NCBI GenBank assembly: GCA_030390025.1
Contig: CM059432.1
Location: forward strand, 30,568,001-30,632,000
Length of the DNA: 64,000 bases
Origin: Squalus acanthias
Lineage: Eukaryota
Reading direction: 5' to 3'
Numbering within the stretch: position 1 is the stretch's first letter; each line of letters opens with the position of its first letter. Shown here piece after piece: positions 50,327-61,672 of this stretch. The notes under the pieces are model-generated. The model worked only from the letters and a program-made list of their open reading frames with translations, ran no database searches and had not been told where the DNA came from. A program made the translations under genes and the position numbers.

Positions 50327-53300
50327 TGTGGTAACACTTTTCAGCTTCCTGTATGACATCACTTCCTGTAATCAGTCCAGGATAAATACTGGACTGATCA
50401 GTTAGCTCTGGAAGAGGCATAGGGTAAGATCTCTTTTGTATGCAGCACCGTTTTAAGTTGATTAAAGCTTACATTAAGTTTACCACGCGTAAGGCTCATT
50501 CTTACGACAATTTAATCAACTTTGGAAAAACTTCGCACTCAAACTTTTTGGACGAACTCGGAGTTAAGGATCCAGGGAATCACCCATCATGGAAAACATC
50601 CTTAAACCATCGCGTCTTGACTTGGACCCAAACACCCCAGCAGCCGGTAAGGTGTGGAAACACTGGTATCGCACGTTTGAGAATTTTCTTGAGTATTGCA
50701 AAGCTGATGATAACTCAAAGTTGCGGATACTCATCAACTGTGTCACCCCGAATGTATTTCAGTATGTGGAAGACTGGGACAGTTATGAGGAGGCAATTCA
50801 GACGCTTAAGAGACTATATACTAAGACACCGAATGAGGTCTATGCTAGACATCTACTAGCTACAGCCCAACAAGGGCCGGAGGAATCCATTGATAAATTC
50901 CTCCAAGAGCTTCGCAGACTTAGTATGGACTGTAACTTTCGGGCAGCCTCAGCTGAGCTATACCGCGAAGAAATGATCCGTGATGCGTTCATCTGCGGGC
51001 TTGCCTCCCCATTTATACGCCAGCGTCTACTGGAAAGTAAGACACTTGAGCTGCAGAGAGCTTATGACCTGGCTTGCTCTCTAGATCTGGCAAAAAGAAA
51101 TGCAGACCTTTTTACAGTGCCCAGACCTCGGTCTGCTGCCTTAACTACAGTCAGGCAATTTAAGAGGCCACAGGTGAACTCTATTAGGGAGGACTTTATC
51201 CCTGACGATCGATCTGATGACTTCACTGATGAAGAGGATGATGACCCCACTGTGGCAGCCTCTTGGCAATCTAAGAAATGCTTTTTTTGTGGTGATGAGT
51301 TTCACCCTCGGAGATTCTGCCCTGCTCGCAATGCGTTTTGCAGTCATTGCAACAAAAAGGGTCATTTTGTAAAGGTTTGCCTATCAAGAGCCTCTACGAG
51401 GGCTTATCAAGCTAAGTCCTACCGAACTGCCCCAGTAAGGGCCTATCAGGATGTTCCAACTAAAAACTATCATGCTTCCTCTCGGGTTTTTTCTCGAAGA
51501 AACACACCTAGAATTTCAGCCACTCTTTGTGCAACGACACCAATTACAGCTGCTTGTCCTCAGAACCTATTCCATGCAGCTACAAAAGCATCAATTAATG
51601 GACATACTTTAGATGCCTTAATTGACTCAGGTAGCACTGATAGTTTCATTAGGGAACAGACTGTTGCACAGTTAAAGCTACATGTTTTTCCATCGGACCA
51701 GGCAGTTGCGATGGCTCAGTCATCACTTAATACCAGAATTTCTGGCTTCTGTGTAGTTGAAATAATGCTTAAAGGTCACAGGTATCCCTCCACCCGGCTT
51801 TCGGTGCTCAAGGACTTATGTAGTGATCTTATCTTAGGGCTGGATTTTCAAAAGCAGCATAAGAAGCTTACCATTGAGTTCGGCGGATCCAAACCTGAAC
51901 TCACTATTTCTAATATACGACCTCGATTACCGTTCTGTGCCTTGTCAGCAGCTTCACTGGATGAACCCTCACTGTTTGCCAGTATCCCTCCTCGATGCAA
52001 ACCGATTATAACAAAGTCACGCCGTTTCAGTCAGGAAGACCAGTCTTTTATTGCGGCTGAGATTTCTCGGCTTTTAGCAGAGGATATCATCGAGCCTTGT
52101 TCGTCGCCATGGCGCGCCCAGGTCGTTATTGTTAAGAACCCTCTACAACCTCACAAGAAACGGCTGTGCATTGACTATTCACAGACCATCAATCAGTATA
52201 CGGACTTGGACGCATACCCATTGCCGCGCATCGATGATATGGTTAATAAATTGGCTGAGTACACGGTGTTCTCGACTTATGATCTGAAAAGCGCCTATCA
52301 TCAGGTACCCTTGAAGGTCTCAGACAAGCAGTATACAGCCTTTGAAGCCAATGGGCGGCTGTATCAATTTCGTCGCCTCCCCTTTGGGGTCACTAATGGA
52401 GTGGCTGTCTTCCAGCGAGCAATGGATGACCTGGTCAAACAGGAAGACTTGAAGGATACGTTTCCTTATCTGGACAATATTACTGTCGCAGGTCGCAATC
52501 AGCAGGAACATGACGCCAATCTCCAACGATTTTGGGATGCACTCCAGCACCGTAATTTGACATTGAATGCGGCTAAATCCATTGAGTCACAACCAACTAT
52601 CAACATCCTTGGCTATTGTGTGGGCAATGGCATCATTAAACCTGACCCTGAAAGGCTTCGCCCACTCCAAGAACTCCCGCCACCTAAGAATCCGGCCTCC
52701 TTGCGCCGGGCCCTCGGCCTGTTTGCATACTATGCGAAATGGATTCCTAACTTCTCGGACCGAATCCAACCTCTACTGAAGGCCAGCATATTCCCACTAG
52801 ACACAACGGCTGTTGCAGCCTTTAACCTCCTGAAAAAGCAGTTGGAGAAAGCGGCTCTTCACTCCATCGATGAGAGTCTTCCTTTCGTGGTTGAGTGTGA
52901 TGCCTCGGAGGTGGCAATCTCAGCCACTCTGAATCAGGAAGGTCGTCCGGTGGCATTTTTGTCCAGGACTTTTCAAGGGGCTGAGCTACATTATCCTCCA
53001 GTCGAGAAAGAAGCTACAGCCATCATAGAGGCAGTACGGAAGTGGAGTCATCTCCTGGCTCGCCAGCACTTTACCTTAATCACGGACCAGCGATCGGTCG
53101 CCTTCATGCTCGATAATCGAAAACGGACCAAAATTAAAAATAATAAAATCCAGCTTTGGCGGCTGGAATTGGCCTCTTTTGGTTACACCATCCACTATCG
53201 ACCTGGCAAGGAGAATGTGGCTCCGGATACCCTCACACGAGCATTCTGCTCCGCCATGGCACCCTCTACGCTCGTAGACATCCATGATGGGTTGTGTCAT

Positions 53301-54746
53301 CCAGGCGTTACTCGCATGCTGCACTTCGTGCGGTCCCGAAATCTCCCATTCTCTACCGGGGATGTAAAGAAGATGTGCTCGGACTGCAGAGTCTGTGTGG
53401 AATTGAAACCTCGGTTTTTCCGCCCCTCGGGTGGTATACTCATACATGCGACCCAGCCAATGCAAAGGCTTAGCATCGATTTTAAGGGGCCGTTGCCCTC
53501 TTCGACTCGCAACACTTATCTATTAACAATGGTTGATGAGTATTCTCGTTTTCCGTTTGCCTTTCCCTGCCCCAATATGCTGACAACCACGGTTATCAGC
53601 TGCCTTGAACAGGTATTTGCTTTCTGTGGCATGGCATCCTATGTTCATTCAGATCGGGGCCCTTCTTTTATGTCGGGAGAACTCAAGGCCTATCTCTCGG
53701 AACGGGGTATTGCTGCCAGCAAAACGACGCCTTATCATCCGGTTGGGAATGGGCAAGTCGAGCGTTTTAACGCTATCATCTGGAATGCGGTACGTCTGGC
53801 TTTGAGATCTCGGGGCCTACCCAACCAGCATTGGGAAGCAGTACTTCCAGACGCATTACACTCCACACGGTCCCTCCTTTCGACCGCCACAAATACGACG
53901 CCTCATGAACGGTTCTTCCGATTTCAGCGTCGCTCATCCTATGGGACATCTCTCCCGTCGTGGCTGACTGCACCGGGACCAGTGCTACTCCGAAGATATG
54001 TCCGGGCGTCTAAGAATGACCCCCTGGTAGATGAGGTTGAGCTCACTGACGTCAACCCTACCTACGCCTATATTCGGTATCCTGACGGTCGGGAATCTAC
54101 CGTGTCATTGCGGGATCTGGCTCCCTGCCCGCCGAAACATAGAGGGACACCAGGGGATGATATTGTACCAGGCACATCTCTGGGCTTGCCAGGTGCCTCT
54201 CATCATGATCGGGATCTGACGCCGGCTGGTACCTCACTCCAGCGTGCCGACCTGGGGCAGACTGACTATGAGCCCGTCGGGGCTCGCACGCGCAGCCACG
54301 ATCAACCCTGTACCGTACGCTCAGAAACGGATCTGCCACAGCCCTGCCCGACACCCATTCGGGTACCAGTACACAGTCAGGATCGTTCTGACCCCTCACA
54401 GAGCGGGCTGGAGCACTCGGACTCTGGTCCATGGCCCGCAGCGGGTAAACGGGCTAGGGGCCCTCTACCGCTACGAGAACCCAAACGGGTGCGGCTCTCC
54501 CTCATCCAACGGCTACGAAATGGAGGGAGCATCCCGGCCTCCTAATCTTTTGGGGGGGGAGAATGTGGTAACACTTTTCAGCTTCCTGTATGACATCACT
54601 TCCTGTAATCAGTCCAGGATAAATACTGGACTGATCAGTTAGCTCTGGAAGAGGCATAGGGTAAGATCTCTTTTGTATGCAGCACCGTTTTAAGTTGATT
54701 AAAGCTTACATTAAGTTTACCACGCGTAAGGCTCATTCTTACGACA
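50327..54746 (+). mobile_element. Intact Ty3/Gypsy LTR retrotransposon (Mag-like Gag)
   Basis: Identical 183-bp LTRs (50327-50509, 54564-54746, TG...CA), 5-bp TSD GTCAC, and a purine-rich PPT (G-run + agaa) at 54552-54563. Confidence 0.98.
50589..54545 (+). CDS. Gag-Pol polyprotein (Gag with two zinc knuckles, aspartic protease, RT, RNase H, integrase), 1318 aa
   Basis: CFFC..H..C/CSHC..GH..C knuckles; LIDSGS protease; RLCIDY, DLKSAYHQ, LPFG and YLDN in RT; CDAS...EKE...TD RNase H; HHCC plus D-D-E (IDFKG, SDRG, VERFN) integrase. Confidence 0.97.
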   Translation: MENILKPSRLDLDPNTPAAGKVWKHWYRTFENFLEYCKADDNSKLRILINCVTPNVFQYVEDWDSYEEAIQTLKRLYTKTPNEVYARHLLATAQQGPEESIDKFLQELRRLSMDCNFRAASAELYREEMIRDAFICGLASPFIRQRLLESKTLELQRAYDLACSLDLAKRNADLFTVPRPRSAALTTVRQFKRPQVNSIREDFIPDDRSDDFTDEEDDDPTVAASWQSKKCFFCGDEFHPRRFCPARNAFCSHCNKKGHFVKVCLSRASTRAYQAKSYRTAPVRAYQDVPTKNYHASSRVFSRRNTPRISATLCATTPITAACPQNLFHAATKASINGHTLDALIDSGSTDSFIREQTVAQLKLHVFPSDQAVAMAQSSLNTRISGFCVVEIMLKGHRYPSTRLSVLKDLCSDLILGLDFQKQHKKLTIEFGGSKPELTISNIRPRLPFCALSAASLDEPSLFASIPPRCKPIITKSRRFSQEDQSFIAAEISRLLAEDIIEPCSSPWRAQVVIVKNPLQPHKKRLCIDYSQTINQYTDLDAYPLPRIDDMVNKLAEYTVFSTYDLKSAYHQVPLKVSDKQYTAFEANGRLYQFRRLPFGVTNGVAVFQRAMDDLVKQEDLKDTFPYLDNITVAGRNQQEHDANLQRFWDALQHRNLTLNAAKSIESQPTINILGYCVGNGIIKPDPERLRPLQELPPPKNPASLRRALGLFAYYAKWIPNFSDRIQPLLKASIFPLDTTAVAAFNLLKKQLEKAALHSIDESLPFVVECDASEVAISATLNQEGRPVAFLSRTFQGAELHYPPVEKEATAIIEAVRKWSHLLARQHFTLITDQRSVAFMLDNRKRTKIKNNKIQLWRLELASFGYTIHYRPGKENVAPDTLTRAFCSAMAPSTLVDIHDGLCHPGVTRMLHFVRSRNLPFSTGDVKKMCSDCRVCVELKPRFFRPSGGILIHATQPMQRLSIDFKGPLPSSTRNTYLLTMVDEYSRFPFAFPCPNMLTTTVISCLEQVFAFCGMASYVHSDRGPSFMSGELKAYLSERGIAASKTTPYHPVGNGQVERFNAIIWNAVRLALRSRGLPNQHWEAVLPDALHSTRSLLSTATNTTPHERFFRFQRRSSYGTSLPSWLTAPGPVLLRRYVRASKNDPLVDEVELTDVNPTYAYIRYPDGRESTVSLRDLAPCPPKHRGTPGDDIVPGTSLGLPGASHHDRDLTPAGTSLQRADLGQTDYEPVGARTRSHDQPCTVRSETDLPQPCPTPIRVPVHSQDRSDPSQSGLEHSDSGPWPAAGKRARGPLPLREPKRVRLSLIQRLRNGGSIPAS

Positions 54747-56689
54747 GTCACTTTTATCAATACCGGCTTTTTATTTCCAGATTTTTAAAACTGAATTCAA
54801 ATTCTCAAACCGCCATGGTGGGATTTGAATTCTGGATTATTAGTCCAGGTAGTCGGAATTACTCGTCCAGTAACATAATCACTTCACTATCGTACCTCAT
54901 TACTCCCTTTCTGCAGGCATTGACTCAAAGAGATCTGGGGGATGGGGGTTCAGAGCCTCCCAAATTGCTGCCCGGGCATAAAATTGGCACGGGGCAGGGC
55001 CTGTTATAGAAACTGCCTCATTTTCATGCCCATTGATTTCAAGGAACCTGGTTTGTATTATAGCAAGTGTGCATACTGATTACTTGTTAGGATGTAGTTT
55101 TGCTCATCATTGTTGATGGGTACTTTTCAAACTGCCCATCTCATAATCCTGTTAAGATAGGGTTGCTCTGTGGCGGATCGCCACCTAAACGGGCGCAATC
55201 CACTTTTCCGTCCGTGGACAATAAATCGGGCACCTTGCCTTTAAGGCGCATGCTGCCTTTAAGGCAGGAAAAAAGGAGTGGGCGTCGCCCTCAGTGTGAA
55301 CTTAAAAAGAGCGGGCGTCGCCCTCAACCAGTAGGGTTTTGCAGAGAGAAGTTGTAGCAGCCATTTTGCCAAGGAGTATGTAATTAAAAGCCATGTGCTC
55401 CACATATTGACTCGGCCTCAATTCGTGCTTCGCGGCAGCCACAATAGCTCCTTAAATATTACATTTGATTTTTAACAGAGAAGACCTGGCATTACAGTAA
55501 CAGGAAGCTGTGGAAACTGTCCTGAAACATGTGAGACAAGGGGAGGTGGAAACAAAGTTATAGAACAGTAAAGAGGATGCAGAAAACCCCAGGCTATGCT
55601 GCTGGGAAATGGCTGCATCTTTCGCAACCCACCACATATTGGTGCCTCATGCAGCTGGTGCTATAGTGGTTCAAATGGGTTCAAATCCCATTATAGCAAG
55701 TTATGAAATTGCATTTAATAAATCTGGTTATTTATGGGTTGGTTCTAGGAAATAATGCCTATGACAGTATTGCCCATATCTTGAGAATGAAATAAATTTT
55801 AAATAAGGCAACCAGTTAAGTTGCTGCGATACAGCCTTCGAGAAAGCAGAGCTGAAAAGTAGTGTACAAATTCTGTTCACTTTTCATTGTGAATGATTAT
55901 ATACTCAGGCACAGCATGTTACTGACAGGGCAGTCAACATTTACTACACTTGTTGGCATTCAACTTGTAATTGGATGGCATGACCAAGTGTAACTTTTCC
56001 ATACAGTACAGGCACTTGAGTTGAGGACCCAGAAAGTATTCCTGAGTCTCAGATGTACTTACTGTAAGCATTGGACTTAACTGCTGTTACTGTCAGTCGT
56101 GGATTACTTGCATGCTTTATCGCTTTTCCACAACGTACATTGCAAAAACAAGTTTATAAATATCACGAGTGGTTATGAAACATCTCCAATACGGCAAGCA
56201 CTACTTCATTGCATTGGAAATCAAAGCAGAAAATGCAAGTCACTTGGGCGGAGGCGGGAGGATTTTCCATGGGGTTCAATTGCTTTAATGTCCACTGTAA
56301 CTCTGGCGGAAGAGCCGTGGTCAGCCCGGAAACCCGCCTCCCCCCCCAACCCCCCGCCAATTTACTCCTTGTCAGAACTGCTGAGAGATCGTCAACGGAA
56401 ATGTTAACCTACCTTCCTGGATTAACCCTGGATTAATAGTTAACATATGCATGGTTAATGTAATCTTCTGGATTGGTTTTGATTGCCTGAGGGGGTCATA
56501 GAGGAATTTTCCGGAGGTTTTTTTCACTTATTGGCCCTGTTTTTTTTCTCTCCCAAAAAATTATATGGCTACAGTGGGGGAAGAAGTGGGGTGGGGGGGT
56601 GGGGGGAAAGGAAGTATCTAGTCATGATGCTTCAGGCCTCATGAGTGTGGGGCAGGCTTGATGGACCAGCTGGTTTTATCAAGGAAATG

Positions 56690-56930
56690 GTAGCATAGTG
56701 GTTATGTTACTGGACTAGTAATCCATGAGACCTGGACTAATGATCCTGTAGAGAACACAAGTTCAAATCTAACCATGGTAGCTGGGGAGTTTAAGTTCAG
56801 TTAATAGATAAATCTGGAACAAAAAGCTACTATCACTAATGGTGACTATGTAACTACTGGATTGTTGTAAAAACTCATCTGGTTCACTAATGCCCTTTAG
56901 GGAAGGAAATCTGCTGTCCATACCCAGTCT
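56690..56930 (+). mobile_element. tRNA-derived SINE fragment (second family)
   Basis: gtggttatgttactggactagtaatcc...gttcaaatc...ggttcactaatg; related pieces at 49170-49400, 50090-50326 / 54752-54885 (-) and 58790-58940. Confidence 0.55.
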
Positions 56931-56944
56931 TCCAAAAGGCTTTT

Positions 56945-57650
56945 GATAAGTGACAGGAAACAGAGAGTAGTGGTGAATGTTTTTTTTTCGAATTGGAGGA
57001 AGGTATACAGTGGTGTTCCCCAGGGGTCGGTACTAGAACCACTGTTTTTCTTGATATATATTATTGAGTTGGATGTGAGTGTACAGGGTACAATTTCAAA
57101 ATTTGCAGATGGCACAAAACTTGGAAGTATGGTGAACAGTGAGGAGGATAGTGATAGACTTCAAGGGGACATAGACAGGCTGGTGGAATGGGCGAACACG
57201 GTGCAGATGAAATTTAACATGGAAAAGTGCGAAGTGATACATTTTGGTAGGAAGAACGAGGAGAAGCAATATAAACTAAAGGGTACAATTCTAAAGGGGG
57301 TGCAGGAACAGAGAGACCTGGGGGCATATGTGCACAAATCGTTGAGGTGGCAGGGCAGGTTGAGACAGATTTAAGATGATTGGCAGAAGATCCAAAGGCA
57401 ACATGAGGAAAAACTTTTTTATGCAGCGAGTGGTTATGATCTGGAATGCACTGCCTGAAAGGGTGGTGGAGGCAGATTCAATCATGGCTTTCAAAAGGGA
57501 ATTGGATAAGTACCTGAAGGAAGAAAAATTGCAGGGGTATGGGGAAAGGGCAGAGGAGTGGGATTAGCTGAAGTGGTCTTACAGAGAGCCGGCACAGGCT
57601 GGACGAGCCGAATGGCCTCCTTCTGTGCTGTAGACATTCTATGATTCTGA
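56945..57650 (+). mobile_element. CR1 RT 3' fragment with internal deletion
   Basis: Close match to 34965-36045 but lacking ~35390-35760. Confidence 0.85.
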
Positions 57651-57724
57651 TATCTTTCTATCCACAGGTCTCTGCAAAAATGATGGTGCTGCTCCATGAA
57701 TCAATGGAGAGCATTTTCTAGCAG

Positions 57725-58170
57725 GAAAGAACTTGCATTTATTTAGCACTTTTCACAATCTCAGGATGTCCAAAAGCACTTCATGTTCCATTGAATTGTT
57801 TTTGAAATGTAAGCACTGTTTTAATGTCGATAAATACCACAGTCAGTTTGTGCATAGAAAGCTTGTACAAACAACAATGAGGTCAATGACCAAAGATTCT
57901 GCTTTAGGTGGTGTTAGCTGAGGGATACATTTTTGCCACGACCCTGGGAGAACTCCCCAACTCTTCTTCAAATAGCGTCCACCTGAGAGGGCAGAAAGGA
58001 CCTTGGCTTAATGTCTCATCCAAAAGATAGCACCTCCAACAGTACAACACTTCCTCAGTACTGCACTGAATTTTCAGCCTAGATTATCCACTCATCTCTG
58101 GAGTGGGACTTAAATCCCCAATCTCCTGATTTACAGGGAAGTGTGCTACCACTAAGCCATGGCTAACACC
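57725..58170 (-). mobile_element. Deu-domain SINE (old)
   Basis: Decayed reverse complement of 61205-61672. Confidence 0.7.
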
Positions 58171-58365
58171 TAAGCAGGGCGAAAAGCATTAGAAATACGT
58201 GATTTACACAGGAGAGTTAGTCATGTTTTTTAGGTTTAAGCTCGGTAAGTGTATAGTTAGCAGCTGAACGCATGGCTCAGTTGAGTTCTGACTGATTGCA
58301 CTATTGTGTGTTTGTTATAACATACACAAGTTTCCAGAAAATGCATGGAGGAAAATTGTTTTAAC

Positions 58366-58735
58366 CTGTCAGACTAGACAGACTAGATGCAGGAAGGATG
58401 TTCCTGATGGCGGGGGAGTCCAGAACCAGGGGTCACAGTCTAAGGATAAGGGGTAAGCCATTCAGGACTGAGATGAGGAGGAATTTCTTCACCCAGAGAG
58501 TGGTGAACCTGTGGAATTCTCTACCACACAAGGCAGTTGAGGCCAATTCATTAAATATATTCAAGAAGGAGTTAGATATATTTCTTAAGGCTAAAGGGAT
58601 CAAGGGATATGGGGAGAAAGCAGGGACAGGGTACTGAATTTGGATGATCAGCCATGATCGCATTGAATGGCGGAGCAGGCTCGAGGGGCCGAATGGCCTA
58701 CTCCTGCTCCTATCTTCTATGTTTCTATGTTTCTA
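58366..58735 (+). mobile_element. Young CR1 3' end (same subfamily as 17667-19078)
   Basis: Nearly identical C-terminal peptide GESRTRGHSL...GEKAGTGY. Confidence 0.9.
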
Positions 58736-58955
58736 CTGAAAAAAAATGAGTAAAATTTAGGTGTCATGCAACACCCTCTTAGGTTTGAGGGTCTGGTAGT
58801 GTCGTGGTTATATTACTGAACAAGTAATCCAAAGGCCTAGCCTCATAATCTAGAACCACATAGCAGTTTAAAAACCACCATGGCAGCTTGTGAATTAGAA
58901 AAAAAACCAAAATCTGGAAATAAAAAGCTGGTATCAATAAGTTCCCCCAAAGCTC

Positions 58956-59715
58956 GAGGGCGAAATTGGGTGCCTTTGCGCCTCCCGTTAGCGCCCCCGG
59001 GGGACGCTAACAGGGCGCAAATGGATTTGCGATCAGGCGCGGCGCTGACAGCGACTCCCGCCATATTCGGCGGGAGTTTTGTGGCGGTGCTAGGCTGTTG
59101 CGCCCCGCTCTCCTTCACCCGGAGATCGTGACATCATCACTGTGCGCATCGCCCCGGTAGCACCCCCGACCCGAAATTGACTTCCGCCCCCTGCAGCAGC
59201 GCCGGTCGAAAACACCGACAGCTGCAGGAGGCGTGCATCAGGCGGCCGGCCACTTCGGGGGCGAGGATTAAAGGCGAGGTGGCCGAGGTAAGTAAAAAAA
59301 ACCCTTACCTTTCTTGTGCCAGTTTTATCACGGGTTCCTGCCCGCAATCGATCAGCCCGGCACTCAGCTTGAGTGCCGGGCTGATCGCACGGGATTGCAG
59401 CTACCCTGGGGGTCCAGGTAAGCACTTTTTAAATTGCAGAGCCTGCAGAGATGGCCCTTCCCTTTAAGGGAGGGAAGGAGCCTTTGAACGTGGCTGCGCT
59501 GCTCGGCCCAGTGTGCAGCGCTGCTGAAGTCTCCGCCTCGCCTGCTGCCGATTGCGCTCCAAGAAGGAAGTGGAGCGCTTGATTTAGTGTTCCACTTCCT
59601 TCTTGGAGCGCAAAACCGAATTTTTCAGAAGTTTGAAATTGTTAGTGCCTGGTGCTAACTTTTCAAACTTTTAAAAATTAACGCCCCAAACAGGGTGATA
59701 GTGAATTTCTCCCCC
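58956..59715. mobile_element. Harbinger MITE, related subfamily, opposite orientation
   Basis: Ends GAGGGCGAAATT / GAATTTCTCCCCC; subterminal gcgcctcccgttagcgcc shared with the family; flanks CTC/CTA. Confidence 0.75.
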
Positions 59716-59719
59716 CTAG

Positions 59720-60260
59720 TCTCTCACCATATTCCAATTTGTCTATTTCTAACCCTAAGTGGATGACCTCAGACTTGTCCACAATAAATTCTGTCTGCCA
59801 TAGTTTTACCCACTCAGTTAATCTGCCTATGTCTCTTTGTAACTTTCTGCTCCCATCTTACTGTGCCACCTAACTTATTGTCATCTGAAAACCTTAATGT
59901 ATAACTCTATATCTTCATCCAAGTCATCAATATATACGGTGAAAAGCTGAGGCCCTCGTACAGATCCTTGGGGGACATTACTTTTGTCTGCCAAACATTT
60001 CCTTTATCCCTACTATCTGTCTCTTACCTCACAACCAAGTTACCAACCCATGTCACAAGGTTAACTCTAATGTTGTGTCCTGTCATTTTTGCTAATAATC
60101 TCTTATGCAGAACCTTATCAAATGCCTTCTGGAAATCCATATAGATAACATAAATACACACTTACTTATCCACCATGTTAGTGATCTCCTCAAAAATTTA
60201 AACGAGGTTAGTGAGATAATGAACTACTTGTTTACAAATCCATGTTGACTCCCTTTGAAC
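59720..60260 (-). mobile_element. Old CR1 RT fragment
   Basis: Decayed reverse complement of the CR1 RT core; continues at ~61020-61190 and 61680-63060. Confidence 0.6.
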
Positions 60261-60448
60261 AAGTATGAGCTGATCAAAAACAAAAATGTGCCTTTACATA
60301 GCGCCTTTCACATCCTCAGGACATCCCAAAGTGCTTTACATCCAATATATTACTTTTGAAGTGTAGTCACTATTGTAATGTAGGAAACGCAACAGCCAAT
60401 TTGCACACAGCAAGGTCCCACAAACAGTAATTAAATAAATGACCAGAT

Positions 60449-60756
60449 CCAGCATCTGCAGTATTTTCTTTTTGTATTAGTGTTTAATTCACTGCCACCT
60501 CTCTTCCAGGAATGCCCACCTTGAAGAAGTTCTGCTCTTCTCTGTGACGGGATTTCCGTTTGTCTCTTTTACCTTGTTCATCTTCATTGCTTTCTGTCTC
60601 CCTTCTCGTGTTTGACACTTGCTTAAAAATCTGTTCCATTTCCTGCTTTTTTCCAGTTCTGACGAAAGGTCATTGACCTGAAATGTTAACTCTGTTTCTC
60701 TCTTCACAGATGCTGCCTGACCTGCTGAGTATCTCCAGCATTTTCTGTTTTTATAT
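60449..60756 (+). mobile_element. 308-bp hammerhead-containing retrozyme-like insertion inside a Deu SINE (~60280-61020, -)
   Basis: 13-bp TSD taaatgaccagat (60436-60448, 60757-60769); ctgacgaaaggtcattgacctgaaatgtt at 60659-60687. Confidence 0.8.
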
Positions 60757-61204
60757 TAAATGACCAGATAATCTGTTTTAGTGATGTTGGTTGAGGGATA
60801 AATTTTGGCCAGGACACTGGGAGAACTCCCCTGCTCTTCCTCGAATAGTGTCGTGGGATTTTTTACGTTCACCTGAGAGGGCAGATGAGGCCTCAATTTA
60901 CCATCTCAACTGAAGGGAACATCTCCAACAGTCCTGCACTTAAGGATTATGTGCTCAAGTCTCAGGAGTGGTATTTGAACATGCAACCTTGTAACTCAGA
61001 GGTAAGAACCAATGCTGACATGTGGTCTGTCAATGATGATAGATTCCACAACTGATGTTAAACTGATAGGTCTGTAGTTTCCTGATTCCTCTCTCTCTCC
61101 CTTCTTAAATAATGGAGTGACATTTGTAATTTTACAATCAAAAGGCACAATTCTTGAATCTAGAGAGCTGTGGAAAATTATGACTGAAACTTATTTCCTC
61201 ACCT

Positions 61205-61672
61205 TTGGTGTCAGTTGTGGCTCAATGGGTAGCATTCTTGCCTTTGGGTCAGAATGGTTGTGGGTTCAAGTCCCACGCCAGAGATTGGAGCACAAAAATC
61301 TAGGCTGAAACTCCAGTGAAGCGCTAAGAGAGTGCTGCACTGTCAGAGGTGCTGTCTTTCAGATGAGACGTTAAACCGAGGCCCTGTCTGCTCTGTCAGG
61401 TGGATGTAAAAGATCCCATGGCACTATTTCGAAGAAGAGCAGAGGAGTTATCCCTGGTGTACTGGCCAATATATATCTCTCAATCAACATAACAAAAACA
61501 GATTATCTGGTCATTATCACAGTGCTGTTTGTGGGAGCTTGCTGTGCACAAATTGGCTGCTGTGTTTCCTACATTACAACAGTGACTACACTTCAAAAGT
61601 ATTTCATTGGCTGTAAAGTGTGTTGTACATCCGGTGGTCATGAAAGGTGTTATATAAATGCAAATCTTTCTT
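61205..61672 (+). mobile_element. Deu-domain SINE (SacSINE1-like), full length
   Basis: tRNA head (tggctcaatggg; ggttcaagtccc), conserved central domain and L2-like tail tatataaatgcaa. Confidence 0.8.

Noticed and set aside
54244..54642. Second ORF (env-like) in the Gypsy 3' region
   Set aside because: Overlaps pol and the LTR, non-ATG start, no signal peptide or transmembrane segment.
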